Below, in pieces: positions 1 through 12,572 of a stretch of DNA of 64,000 nucleotides. The number at the start of each line of letters is the position of its first letter. Position 1 is the first letter of the stretch. The notes under the pieces were generated by a model that saw nothing but the letters and a program-made list of their open reading frames with translations, was not told where the DNA came from and ran no database searches. The stretch spans positions 496,001 to 560,000 of the forward strand of contig CM076002.1 of the NCBI GenBank assembly GCA_038087875.1, in the 5' to 3' direction. The DNA comes from Malacoraja senta (taxonomy: Eukaryota). The translations under genes were made by a program, and so were the position numbers.

Positions 1-322
1 AAGGTAAAGCATTCAGGCATAACTTTAGTTAGGTAATAAAACTGATGCTTTAATATGAAAAAGAAAAAATAATAATAGTAGCCCCTCCCATCCTGGGGGG
101 AAACTACAAAACAGAATTTAAAATGGTACGTGCAAACACCCCTGGTCTGGCAATAGGCTTGTGTAAAACCGGTGGAACATTCGTTCATTGGCCCATCCTG
201 CAGCCGCTAGGATGGTTTCGAGGGGTACGTCCATTGCTCTTGCTGCCGACATAGATGCATCCCTGGTGGAGTGAGATTTAAAAGTGTCAATCTTCACTCC
301 TGCACTCGCCAGTACCTCCTTT
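1..322 (-). mobile_element. DIRS1 element #1, distal part (C-terminus of tyrosine recombinase); runs off the window start
   Basis: Minus strand reads EVLASAGVKIDTFKSHSTRDAS (YR HSTR motif). It continues the YR frame broken at 8178 (QTISRWLKEVLA) across the L1 TSD. Confidence 0.85.
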
Positions 323-668
323 TTAAATTTTTTTTAAATTTTTTTTAAAATTAATTTTATTAGAAGTTAATACAGTACAAAACAATACAGTGGTACCTAA
401 TTTTAGGTGCCAACTATGTCATAACGTAATACATTCTATGTACAACCTCTAGTTTTATGTTTTTGAAAAGGAAGTAAAAAAAACAAAAAATAGAGAGAAG
501 AAAAAGAGGAAATATAGATAGTAGAAAATAGAAAAACGTGAAGTGTGTATATAAGAAAAGAAAAAGTAGAAAGTAGAAATAGGAGAAAAAAACCCTTAAA
601 AAAGAAAATTTCAAATCTTTGTTCGGAGATGTAAATCTATCCACGACCTGACCTGAAATCAGTAATCT

Positions 669-3600
669 TTACGGTACTGCTGCATCACATGATTCCAAAA
701 AGTCGATGAAAGGGGACCAACTCCTTAAGAATTGGTCATATTTATTTATTAGGCGGAGTCTCATTTCTTCAAGGTGTGCTATGTCCGTCATATTCCTAAT
801 CCACATTTTAATAGTTGGTATAGCTGTATTTTCCAAAATTTAAGTAGCAATTTCTTTCCAATTATTAACCCATAATTAAAGAATACTTTTTGGTCTTTGT
901 TTAAATTGATATCTTCTACTATTATTCCAAATATAATCCATTCCGTATTAGGTTCTATTCTTGACTTGAAGAGCTTTGTAAATATATCAAATATATCGCT
1001 CCAAAATGTATTCAACTTTGTACACCCTACAAATGAATGTGTTATATTGGCAATTTGAAACAAACATTTATCGCATCTGGGAGAGACGTTTGGGTAGAAT
1101 TTATTCAACCTCGTTTTTAAATAATATAGTCAATGTAATAATTTAAATTGAATTAAATTATGTCTTGCATTAATGGAACAATTATGTGTGTTCATCAGAT
1201 ACGTTTCCCATCTATCTTCCGGGATCTTTACCATTAGTTCATGTTCCCAATCTTCTCTTAGTGCCTCTGTTGAGGGTAATTCTCTATTTAATATACTATT
1301 ATAAAAATATGATATTAGTTTTTGTGAATCAGCCTTAATATTCATTGCTTCTTCTAAAGGGTCTAAAAATATAGTTTGAAATCTATGTATATATTTCTTC
1401 ATAAAGTCACATATCTGTATATATTTAAAATATTGATTATCATTCAATTTAAATTTTGATTTTAATTGTTGAAATGATAACAATTTGCCCAATTCATACA
1501 TATCTCCTACTTTCCTAATCCCCAGTCTATCCCATTGTTTATATGTTTTGTCGATAAGAGATGGTTTGAATGCAGGATTGTTCAATATTGGGGTTAGTAC
1601 TGATAGATTATTTAATTTCAAGGATAATTTTTTTTGTTTCCAAATTCTTATTGTATTGTGAATAATTGGGTTCTTCTTATATATTATACTATTCAATTTT
1701 ATCGGTGAGAACAAGATCGTTCCTATATCATACGGGAAACACTCCTCTTTCTCCATTCTTATCCACTCCGACTGGTGAGTGGAACTATCCAACCAGTACA
1801 TTATGTTCTTAATATGCACTGCCCAGTAGTAATACGTAAAGTTAAGGCTCTGTCTTACGTGTTTGCGGTCATCGGCGGTGAAGCGCGGCTTCGCCTGTAG
1901 AGTGGACCGCACGGCAACAGCGAGAGCGCCGAGCCTATCTACGGGAGCGCCGCATGGATGTTGCGCGGGGGCCGAGTGATTCAAATACGGCTGGTCCCAC
2001 GTGCTTGCGGTAAGTTAAAAAAAGGGCGGGCCGGCTGCGATGACGTCGGCTCGCCGCACGTGACTCACCAGCGGCGGCTGCGGTGGCGGCCGTCCTGATC
2101 GCGGCGCTGTAGCGGTGGCTGTGCCTGCGGCCGTGCCGCACACGTGCCTCACTGGCGGAGGCTGTGGCAGTGCAAGTTTGATGCACGGCGCTCGAGCCAC
2201 ACTGGCGGCGGCCCGTGCGGGCGGCCGTGCCGCACACGTGCATCACTGGTGGAGGCTGTGCGGTAGGAAAATATTTTTCAACAGTGTAGGTTTTATTTTA
2301 GCACCGTGCGGTGTTGGGAACACCGCCGCACGGCCCCGGAATTGTGCGTTCTCACGAGTGCGCGGTATATCGCGGCAGATTCTTCCCGTCTCGCCGCCAA
2401 TGACCGCAGACTCGTGAGACAGGCCTTTTAGGTAATGATAATCCCCCAACTTCTTTAGGTTTACACAAATGCTTTCGTTGAATTCTGTGTGCTCTATAAT
2501 CCCATATAAAATTAGTGATATTAGAATCTAGTTTTTTGAAAATATATTTTGGAATATATATTGGGATCGCTTGAAACAAGTATATTAATTGTGGTAAGAA
2601 AGTCATTTTTATAGCGTTAATTCTACCTATCAATGAGAGTGGGAGCGTTTTCCAAAATTTAATCATAACATTCAGTTTATTTAATAGTGGCATAAAATTA
2701 GCGCTAAATAATGATTTGTGTCTTCTCGTAATTTGAATACCCAAATACTTGAATTTTTCTGTTGCAATTTTGAAAGGGAATTTTAATAAGTGTCTCGCAT
2801 CCTGTGGTTTTAAAGACATAATTTTGCTTTTATTTTAATTTATTCTATATCCTGAAAAAGAACCAAATTCCTCAATTAGTGTTAATAAGGTGGGGATACT
2901 CATTTGTGTATTAGTAATATATAAAAGACTATCATCAGCATATAATGAAATTTTATTCTTTGAGTCCTTAGTATTATATCCATGAATATTCGGATGATTT
3001 CTAATCCTTTCAGCCAGCGGTTCTATCATAAGGGCAAATAGCAATGGTGATAAGGCACAACCCTGCCTATTACCCCTTGATAAATAAAATTTTGGAGATA
3101 ACATATTATTAGTTAATATTCTTGCCGTAGGTTTATCATAAAGTAGTTTAACCCATCTAATAAAATTCTCTCCCGTATTAAATTTTTGGAGTACCTTATA
3201 TAAATACTGCCATTCTACCTGATCAAATGCCTTCTCTGCATCCAGCGTAACGACTGAAATATCTTCAATGTCCTCTTTGTGAGAGTACATTATATTGAAA
3301 AGCCTTCTCAAGTTATTAAATGATTGTCTTTTGGGTATGAATCCCGTTTGATCCGGGTTTACCAATTTGTTAATATAATTATTCAGTCTTCTTGCTAGAA
3401 TCTTTGCTAAGATTTTCTGATCCGTATTTAAAAGTGATATAACTCTGTAAGAACCCGGTTCATCTAAATCTTTATCTTTTTTTGGTATAAGCATTATTGT
3501 TGATTTTGCTAAGGTTTCTGGTAGTTTATTTTCGGTATAAGCCTGCGTGTATAAGTTGAGTAATCTTGGTACAATTGACTCCTGAAATCGTTTATAAAAT

Positions 3601-5056
3601 TCATTACTAAAACCATCTGGTTCTGAGGTCTTCCCATTTTTCAATGAGTTTATTATTTGTTTTATTTCTTCACTAGTAATCTGTGCTCCTAATTCCTCTT
3701 GTTATCCAATTTAGGGAGGTTGCAATTATCTAAAAAATTTGTAATTTTACTATCATCTGTATTTATTTTAGTTGTGTATAAATTATGATAAAATTGGGCA
3801 AACCTTTTATTAATATCCTTTGGTAGTGTTAGAAGCTCACCCTTATCAGATTTAATTTTAGTGATAGTATTATCCTTTTCTTGTTGCTTCAGTTGCCTCG
3901 CTAATAATTTATGAGGCTTATCCCCAAATTCGAAGTGTGCCTGTTTTGTAATTTGGAATAGTCTTATTACTCTTGCCGATAATATTCTATTGAGTTCATA
4001 TTTCAATAAGGTTATCTTATTATGTTTATCTATGGTTGGGTCACTTGCATTGTCCAGTTCTAATGATTTTATTTCCTGTTCTATCCTCTGAAGTTCTCTT
4101 TTATTTTCTTTATTTTGAAAACTTTGATAAGAGATTATAACACCGCAAATGTATGCCTTAAAAGTTTCCCATAATAGCGATACAGAAATACCCGGCGTCT
4201 CATTTATCTCGAAAAATAAATTTGTTTGTTCTTTTATATACTCATAACCCTGTGGGTTATTTAATATTTGTGCTTTGAATCTCCAAAAAGTTTTTATACC
4301 CGGCATTCCCTCGATTTTAATTATAAAAGTCAGTGGTGAATGATCGGAAATAATACTATTATGGTATGATGGTTTAGTCGTATACGGGATTAATTTTGTA
4401 TCCAATAAGAAATAGTCAATTCGTGAATAAGTTTTATGAGCCGATGAGTAAAATGAATATTCCCTTCCAATTGGGTTTGCTATTCTCCAAACATCAGTTA
4501 TGTTATTATTTTTTATATAAGTATTTAAAAATTCACAGGTCTTAGTTTTAACAAGACGCTTCCCTACCTTTATTGATTTATCTAAATATGGGTCTATAAC
4601 ACAATTAAAATCTCCCCCCATTAGTATATTTTGATAATTATGCTCTGCAATTATATCTACTATTTTCTTAAATAATTGGGGGTTATCAAAATTAGGCGCA
4701 TAAATATTTATCATAGTTAATGGTGTATTATAAATTTCTCCCGTGACTATAACGTATCTTCCCTCTTTATCAGATATGGACTACTTTAATTTAAAAGGTA
4801 TACCTTTCCGAATTATAATGGCCGTGCCTCTTGCTTTAGAAGTGAATGCGGAGTAGTAGGTTTGACCTATCCAGTTTGCCCTTAATCTGATCTGAGTTTG
4901 TTGTTTCAAATGCGTTTCTTGTAGGAAAGCAATATCCACGTTTAATGATTTTAATTGTGCCAGAATTTTACCCCTCTTAATTGGCTCATTCGCACCTCTA
5001 ATGTTCCAACTACAGAAAGTGAGACCTCCGGTGTTTATTCGACTATTATCTTGCAA
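669..5056 (-). pseudogene. L1 ORF2 (APE endonuclease, RT, Cys-rich C-terminus), frameshifted
   Basis: Fragments show SWNIRG, LQETH, NIYAPN, GGDFN, SDHSP, LDAEKAFD, RQGCALSP, YADD and CDKC...H..C. Confidence 0.93.
1845..2427. mobile_element. GC-rich MITE, PIF/Harbinger-like non-autonomous DNA transposon
   Basis: Imperfect TIRs of about 33 bp (GGCTCTGTCTTACGTGTTTGCGGTCATCGGCGG vs reverse complement GGCCTGTCTCACGAGTCTGCGGTCATTGGCGG). TTA TSD at 1842-1844 and 2428-2430. Removing it restores L1 GGLSLPNFTYYYW. Confidence 0.85.
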
Positions 5057-6025
5057 TGGCTATTATTACCAGAATGTATGATTCATGTGATGCAGCCAAG
5101 TACCTCGAAATCCCGAGTCCAGGGTTGTCCTTCATAATTTCTGCACTAGTTTTACATCTCCTGGCACTATTAAACATAATTAAGGGAAAGATAAAAACAT
5201 AAAATGAAGTGTTCATAAAGATTGTTAAATCATACAACTCATAATAGTGAATAAACAAAAAAAGTGAGTGTAAGTTATCAAAAAAGCAATATCTTACAAA
5301 AAAGCAGGTGGCTAAGATTAATTTTAAATTGACCTCCGTCGATGGAATTATGCACTGGGCTTTGCCCCCCTAGTAAAGTATCATCCAACATTAGTCGGTT
5401 TCCTCCACTTATAACCACAATTATCATGTCAGGTCGATTAATAGCTAAAATTTTAAAAATAAAATAGAAGAAAAGCTAGAAGATTTAAAATAAAATAAAA
5501 TAGAGTTATTACGGGTCATTAATGACGAGTACCTCGTCATTAATCAGACTTTTCATTAGCCTGTATGTTAGTTAATTCATAATTAGTATTTAGAATATCT
5601 GTCTAACCTCCCCCATCCTTCCTACTATATAGTTAGTCATGTTAGTATAATACATTAAACCTTTAGCGTTAATTAGGTTTATTACGTATATATAGTTAAT
5701 TAGTTAGTTAGTTATATGCTGTATATGTAAATAATAGATCATATAGTACTGAGACAAAGGCAGACCAACAAGACTGTTTTAAATTTAAAAAAAAGAACAG
5801 TCTAATAAATATCGGGGCTGAAAAACTTGGCGCAGAGCCTGCGACCTTGAACATTCCATCTGTTGAGCCTCAGTTTTTCAGTTCAAGATGAAGTTAGGAC
5901 TCTGTTATTAAAAAACACATTCTTGCCAGATAAGTCTGTCTGAGAACTGTCTGAACAATTCTAGTGCTTTGTTTGAAACAAAAAAACAAGTTCAGCAGGC
6001 GTAATGTCTTATTATTCTGTTTTTC

Positions 6026-6883
6026 ACTAGGGGCGCCGCATTGAAGGCAGCCTCTGCCTACAGTCTGTTCGTTTTATCAATCTTTAAAAAAAAAAATTAG
6101 TCAGTTTTAAAGTTTGTTTTGGGGATTCCTTTAACTTTTCTATGTGGGGGAGGGGGGTAGGGTAAGGGGGAAACTGTTTACCAGTCATTTCCTGGCGAGG
6201 ACGCGCTTATTTCTCTGTGTCACGTCCTCGCCCCCCTCCTCGGGGCCTACCACCTGGATTGGAGCGGCCTTTCCTGCCGGGGACTGGACCAGATCTTCAA
6301 CAGCAGCGGCGCAGCGCTGGAGTCACCGCGGAGCGGGCGATGCCTCACCTGGATCGCCGTTTGGAGCTCCGGAGCGTTGGGCCGCTGCTCCAACACCACG
6401 GAGCTGTGGTTTGGAGAGCTTCCAGCGCGGCCGGCGCTGTCTTCAACATTGCGGAGACCTGGGGCCATTTGCCGAGGGCCGCCAGCGTTGAATCTCCGCC
6501 CGGACTGTGGACTTCGGGAGCCACGGACTCTGGTAGGAGGTGGCCGTTTCGGATGTCCAAGCTGCGGAGGATGTCCTCCAGTCCCGGCGTCGGACTTCCA
6601 TCAACCCGGCGAGCGGGCTTGAACATCGGGCTGCCCATAATGGCGACAGCGGGGGGGTCGGGAGCCCCCCGACCACGGGAGGACAACAGAGGAGGACGAC
6701 TGAATTTTGGAGCCTTCCCTCACAGTGGGAAACTTTGATCCCGCTGTGTGGGGATGTCTGTGTTAAAGCCTATCGTGTTCTGTGCTCTTTATTATTTGTA
6801 TGGCTGGTTGGCGACCACACATTTCACTGTATCAATTGGTACATGTGACAAATAAAAGTATCTTGTATCTTGTATCTTGTATC
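6026..6883 (+). mobile_element. GC-rich non-autonomous retroposon, copy A
   Basis: Ends in a 3' stem-loop, AATAAA and a (GTATCTT)n tail. TTTTC TSD at 6021-6025 and 6884-6888. Homologous to 32338-32738, 52268-53306 and 54314-55182. Confidence 0.8.
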
Positions 6884-6888
6884 TTTTC

Positions 6889-8047
6889 CTTGAATTTTAT
6901 TAAAAATATCCTGGGCATATTTGCAAGCTGAATCCGGATCCGTGAATGAACGTTGCTTAGCATTGTACGTAATTAACATTTTAGCTGGGTAGATAACGCC
7001 GTAACGAACTTCAGAATGTCCTTGTAAAATACTGCTGCACTTTTAAACTGGCGTCTTTTTGCCAGTATTTCCCGAGGGTAGTCTCTGTAAAATCTAACAA
7101 TATTATCAGCAAATGTAAGATTTTCTCCATAGGATATCTTCTTTAATAAATTTTCCAAAGTCGAAATGTCTAAGAACTTTACGATAATTTGACGTGGTGG
7201 AGCATTCGCTCCTCTTTGGAAGCGACCAATACGATGAGCTACATCTAGCTTTGTTTTTTCTGGCAGTTTGAAGACATCTTTAAGTAAATTAGTGATAAAA
7301 TCACACATTTGAGAGCCGTGCTCTGCCCCCTCTTTAACTCCTATTATTCTCAAATTTTGCCTCCTTGACCTGGCTTCCAAATCTTGACATTTCTCATTCA
7401 GTTTATTCGTCAGCTCCCAATTCGCGTCATGTTCTTTTTTTCAAACCTGTTATTTCCTGGCCCATCTGCTGCATTTCACCCTCCATCTCTTCCATCAATT
7501 TTTCCGCCTTTGTTAATTGCTTCAGCAGGGAGTCATGTTTATTGTTATAATCTCTCTGCATTCTTTCCAATTCCTTAGCAGTCCTCGACTCCAAATCTTT
7601 GAACTGCTGGTTCAGGGATACGTAAAGTTCCTTTAATTCTCCACAGCTAGTGTCAATTTTCTTAGAGAGATTATCCTCCATTGTAGAAAAAATATTCTGC
7701 ATTGTAGAATTCATTTTAGCAAATTGCTTCTGAAGAACTTTAGTAATGTCTTTAGTAATATTAACTCTTACCGTTTCTTCCCAGCTTTTCATTTCTTTCT
7801 CCCTTTCTTTTAACTCTTTTGTTTCAGCTCTTGCAGCCATTTCGACTGTTGGTTGTTGAGACTCCAGCTCCTCTTCCAAACTTTCAAAAGTGGATTCAGG
7901 AGTGGTTTCAAGCTCATCCAGAGCTTTTTGGAGCTGGAGCTGGAGACTGATTGTAGTCTTCTTGGGTCCTCTCTGACCTCTTCCCTTTTTAATCCGATTT
8001 TTACCGGTAAAATCGTTTTAAATCCCGATTCCACCGTCACCGTCTGA
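6889..8047 (-). pseudogene. L1 ORF1 (coiled coil, RRM, CTD), frameshifted
   Basis: Coiled-coil ORF 7427-7879, then EARSRRQNLRIIGVKE...AHR...PRQIIVKF...DYP in 6973-7380. Confidence 0.9.
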
Positions 8048-8177
8048 TGACGTCAGTACCCACGAAGTTCAGCAATCCCAGTAAGAGTTTTTAAGTCAAT
8101 CCTGGTGTAGGAACTGACTTTAAACACGATTTATCGGGAGCAGAGCTCTGTGCAGCTGTCTTCACTGCTTCATAGCA

Positions 8178-9170
8178 GCCAGTACCTCCTTTAACCATCT
8201 GGAAATGGTTTGTGCTGATACCTTATGGTGAGGCTTTTTGTAACTGATTAGGACCGATTGCTCAGAGCCTCTGAGGTCCTTGGTGACTTTAATGTAATGG
8301 CGTAAATGTGATACGACACACAACCGTGGATCCTCGGAACATGCCAGGAACTCTATCTTGAGCCCTGGCACCCCTGGCCTGCTCTGTTTGATCAAGCCCT
8401 CTATGAAAAAGGTTATTATATTTACATTGGTACACAAAAATGTTGGAGAAACTCAGCGGGTGCAGCAGCATCTATGGAGCGAAGGAAATAGGCAACGTTT
8501 CGGGCCGAAACCCTTCATCAGTCTGAAGAAGGGTTTCGGCCCAAAACGTTGCCTATTTCCTTCGCTCCATAGATGCTGCTGCACCTGCTGAGTTTCTCCA
8601 GCATTTTTGTGTACCTTCGATTTTCCAGCATCTGCAGTTCCTTCTTAAACATATTATATTTACATTGGTGGTCATGAAGTCGAGGCGCAGCTTGTGCAAA
8701 GTCTGGACTCGCTGTGCAGTTACCAGCGCCATTAGCATGACCACTTTTAGGGTGAGCTTTGATAAGGGTAGAGAGGGAGCTGGCGCCCACTGGTGAAGCA
8801 GTGTAAGCACTACGCTCACGTCCCATATGTCCGTGTACCGGGGCCTTGGTGGTATGGAATTAAAAATGCCCTTCATGAACCTAGTTATTAAAGGGTGCGT
8901 CCCTACCGTCTGGTGCCCGGACCCCACCATTAAATAGAGGATAGTGTGCTTCTGGCACTATTAATGGCACTGTAGCTCAGTTTTTGGTCATAGTACAGGA
9001 CAGATAGAAACTCCAGGACATCCGTGATGCCTGCTGTATTATACAAGATATTTGAGACACAACAGAACATTTCCCACTTCTTGATGTGAGAGACGTACTG
9101 TTTTTGTGTACTGTCCCTCCAGGCCACTGTCATCACATCCACGGTTCATTTAGACAGTCCGAGCCCCAGG
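8178..9170 (-). pseudogene. DIRS tyrosine recombinase, interrupted by Penelope and L1 insertions
   Basis: ORFs 8930-9142, 8553-8930 and 8162-8437: YSAINSARS, HPLITRFMKG, LTLK..MLMAL..AQR, LCVV, TISRWLK. Confidence 0.9.
8432..8651. mobile_element. Penelope pseudo-LTR, two copies in inverted arrangement
   Basis: Inverted arms of about 85 bp match the 3' end of the GIY-YIG element at 51421-51519. 18-bp TSD TATTATATTTACATTGGT at 8414-8431 and 8652-8669. Confidence 0.88.
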
Positions 9171-9180
9171 TATGGTCTCC

Positions 9181-11088
9181 TCAGAATCTGCAAACCAATA
9201 AATTGATTCGGTCATGTAGAGGATGGTTGTTCCCCGTTACTGGGTGAACGAGAAATTCCCTGCTTTTAGGGACAGCCATAAAAGGCTGTGTTATTATTCC
9301 CAGGACTTGTGGAAACCAATACTGTGTAGGCCAGTCAAGCACTATCAAAATGCCTGTGGGATTGTCTTGCTTGATTTTTGCCAAGCATCGGCCGATGAGG
9401 CAAAATGGGGAAACGCATATAAAAAAAATCCTCCCCAGTGTAGTGAAAACGCATCTACTGCCACTGCCCCTGGGTCTGGCTCCCAGGACACATATTTGGG
9501 TAATTGGTGATTTAATCTGGATGCGAACAGATCAATATCCGGGATGCCATACCGGGTAATTATATCGTTAAATACAGCATGATTCAGCATCCATTCTGTG
9601 TTGTCGTTGAAAATCTGTGATCTGGTGTCTGCCACCATGTTGTATCTACCTGGTAGGCAGACAGCTGAGACCCAAATGTCCCTCGCAATACACCAGTGCC
9701 AAATAAGATTTGCCAATCTATCACGAGACACAGACTTAAAACCACCCATGTGATTAATATACGCCACCGCGGTAGTGTTGTCAATCTGGAGCTGAACATG
9801 CACATGTTGCATAGTGCTGCAATAAGCCTTCAGCCCATAGCGAGCCCCCAACAACTCTAAGTAGTTAATACCTCATTGCTGAAGAATTAAGGACTCCTGC
9901 TCATTCCACCCCGCACCACAGCTGGAGATGGTATCAGTTGCTCCCCATCCTAGGCCGCTTGCATCGGTTTGTAAGACGACCGATGGAGTATCCAGCAAAA
10001 TATCCCTGGAGCTACGACGTATATTCGTCATCCACCATTGTAGTTCAGCAATGGCCTCGGCTGGCAATCGCATTGGTCTACCGTATTGGCCAGCGTGGGA
10101 TCTGAGTGCCTGTTCCTTTGCACGTTGTAAATTTTGATAGTGCAAAGGTCCGTAACGCACTGCTGGAAATGCCGCCACTAGTTTGCCAATTACACTTGCT
10201 GTTTGTCTAATTGATGGCTTTTGTTTCACAATAAGGTCATTGCAAGCTTTGGTTAACTCCAATTGTTTGCCCCTAGGCAGAGTCACTGACATGTGGATTG
10301 AGTTAATTGTAAACCCCAGGTAATCCATAACCCTGGTAGGTCAACTTGGATTTAACTGGATGGATGAGAAAGCCCAATCTTTCAAACATGAGTTTGGTGG
10401 CTGAGACAGATGATTCTGCCGATAGCTCGGTGACCCCAAAAATGAGGATGTCATCCAAATATGCCATGACCATGTGGTTCTGAGCTCGTAATTGCCCCAG
10501 AATGGGTTTCAGTAGTTTGGTAAATAGTCTGGGAGCTGAAGTCAGCTCATTGGGCAATGCTTTGAACTGCCATCATTGACCCATCCAGTTAAATTTCAAA
10601 TATCTCCTGTGCTCCCTGTGAATAGGTACCATGTAGTATGCATCTTTAAGGTCGATGCATGCCATATAGCCACCTTCAGAAATCATTTGGATGGCAGTGC
10701 CAAAATTATCCATTTTGAAATGTTTATACTGCACAAAAGAGTTGAGTTCAGTCAAGTCTAGGATAATACGAACTCCTCCATCCTTTTTCTGCTTGGTGAA
10801 CATATTGAATACAATTTGGTGAGGTTCCGGACGCGACCTCTCAATGACCTATTTTTTGGATAGAATTTGGATTTCAGCTTGTATATCCAAACTCTCCTGG
10901 TGTGAAAACACATATGTGCGGTTAGGTGAATGTTGTGTGGGTGGTAATGAGTCAATATTGAACTCAATTTTGAACCCTCGTATACTGTGCAGTATAAAAG
11001 GATCTGCTGTGATCCGACACCATTCATTCAAGAAATGTGGCAACCTTCCCCCAACCGGTGCGTGGGGCATGTGTAAGGTGTTCCACAA
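9181..11088 (-). pseudogene. DIRS pol (RT, RNase H, MT-like), frameshifted
   Basis: ORFs 10849-11088 (VGGRL..F..W), 10573-10803, 10303-10557, 9873-10328, 9345-9854 and 9181-9384. Confidence 0.92.
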
Positions 11089-11223
11089 GGAACTGGGTAG
11101 ACCTACTGTACCTCAGTTGTTACTGGCGGTGTGGTGCTGACTTCCGTTCATGAGGCTTGGGAAATAGAGCTGGTGGTGGGTGCCCCTTGTGCATCCTTGC
11201 CGTGGGTCGGCTGGGGCCCACCC

Positions 11224-12369
11224 CTAAAAAAGACCTCGATGCCTCCAGTTCGGGTCTTCCACCAGTTCCGGTGCCCCTAGGCTGGTGTCGCCTGGTGCTG
11301 TAGGGTGCGTAGGGTGAGCCCGGTATGATGAGCCTCTGGGTGTGGCTTGGGCTCTACTCATGAGGCGGATGGTCTTCTCATCATCGTCCAGCTCCCGGAC
11401 CTGCTTTGGCAGATCTTCCCCAAACAGATAATTGGCCGGCTGGACGTTGTTGGCCTTGCACAGCACAGCAAACTTGGGGTTCAGAGCCGGCCGGATAGCG
11501 TTTTTACGCAGGCAATTTATTTCAAAGTGTGCATTACAGAGTAATGCCACTGCGTCTTGTTGAGTATTGGTCAGTAATTCTCCTTCTACTGACCTTGCAA
11601 AGGCCGTTATGCCAGAGGCCAGCAACTTCAGGACTTTCTGGAGATTTATCTCCTGGGCTCTAACACCTGCTCCAATATGACCCCAGATGGAGTGGTTTAC
11701 GGCCGGCACATTGAGGGATGCACAGTTAGCTGGAGAGGGGTACCTGTTGGTGGTTTCTTCCATAGTTAATTCTTTTAGTTGGTGAGAGGCCAAATAATTG
11801 ATATTGTTGGCCATGTCTTCATCCAGGGGTGCTCCTAATGGAGAGGTAATGGCAAATCTGGATGCCAAAAGTGGCACTTCAGCCCCGTGCCCCTGGGAAT
11901 GCTCACCTTCGGTGCCCCCAAACTCTGAGTCAGTCAAAAACTGACCCGGTGTACTCCCTCCTCCAGTGAGGGAGATATTTTGCAGCCCTATGTATGAAGC
12001 CGCTGGCGCGGGCTGCTGCGGAGACACGTGTTGATACTGCTCCCTCCTACGGAGCAGATCACTCTGGAGCCACCTCTCCATAAGGTGCTCAATGTGGGTA
12101 AGTCGCCCGTGGACGCTTCCCAACGAAGGAGGGGATCCCTCCTGGCCCGACTCATCTGAGTCAACGGGCCTTGCGGATTTCCGTGTGGCCTTGTGCCCCT
12201 GCGGGACCGCCACGGTGCTTTCCTCGGGCAGCAGGTCTGCTGTCGTTGGCTCCACCGCCAGCGACAAGGTCGGTGATGTAGACAGTCGCCCGCTACCCGC
12301 TTTACCGCGGTCTTCGGTAGCCGGCTTCCCCGCAGACCGTCTCCTCACTTTGGACATTGCTGGGTCCAA
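11224..12369 (-). CDS. DIRS gag-like ORF1 (381 aa, open)
   Basis: Lies upstream of pol. P.NC..L.VP.VN..IW, LQK.LKLL..GITA and EIN.LRK..IRPALNP.FA.LCK motifs are shared with gag fragments of DIRS #2. Confidence 0.75.
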   Translation of the reverse strand: MDPAMSKVRRRSAGKPATEDRGKAGSGRLSTSPTLSLAVEPTTADLLPEESTVAVPQGHKATRKSARPVDSDESGQEGSPPSLGSVHGRLTHIEHLMERWLQSDLLRRREQYQHVSPQQPAPAASYIGLQNISLTGGGSTPGQFLTDSEFGGTEGEHSQGHGAEVPLLASRFAITSPLGAPLDEDMANNINYLASHQLKELTMEETTNRYPSPANCASLNVPAVNHSIWGHIGAGVRAQEINLQKVLKLLASGITAFARSVEGELLTNTQQDAVALLCNAHFEINCLRKNAIRPALNPKFAVLCKANNVQPANYLFGEDLPKQVRELDDDEKTIRLMSRAQATPRGSSYRAHPTHPTAPGDTSLGAPELVEDPNWRHRGLF

Positions 12370-12572
12370 CTTGTTGAAAAAACAAGGTTTAACGGACCCG
12401 CCAAAATGACTGCAGAGTAGTTTTTAGAAACACCTGCAGTTTTTAAAACTTACCGCCGGAAGGACGCTGCGCGCCTGCCAGTCAGTCGTTGCGCATGCTT
12501 CCGACGTAATGACACGCATGCGGACTGACGTCCCTTCTTCACGTAGTCACTAATGTGACTCTGAAGTAAAAT

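Larger units (their letters stand above)
323..8177 (-). mobile_element. L1 LINE #1, near full length, degenerate
   Basis: ORF1, AT-rich inter-ORF spacer, EN-RT ORF2, and A-rich tail at 323-350. 15-bp TSD GCCAGTACCTCCTTT at 308-322 and 8178-8192. Confidence 0.95.
8178..12572 (-). mobile_element. DIRS1 element #1, main part (gag, RT/RNase H/methyltransferase-like, YR)
   Basis: RT (IDLKDAY, YLDDIL), RNase H (TDAS, DNTTAV), MT-like (IDLFASRLN, DAF, YAFP) and YR motifs. Terminal motif AGTCAC-N4-GTGACTCTGAAGTAAAAT is shared with DIRS #2. Confidence 0.93.

Noticed and set aside
414..644. Phe-rich membrane-protein-like ORF
   Set aside because: It is the T-rich L1 3' UTR.
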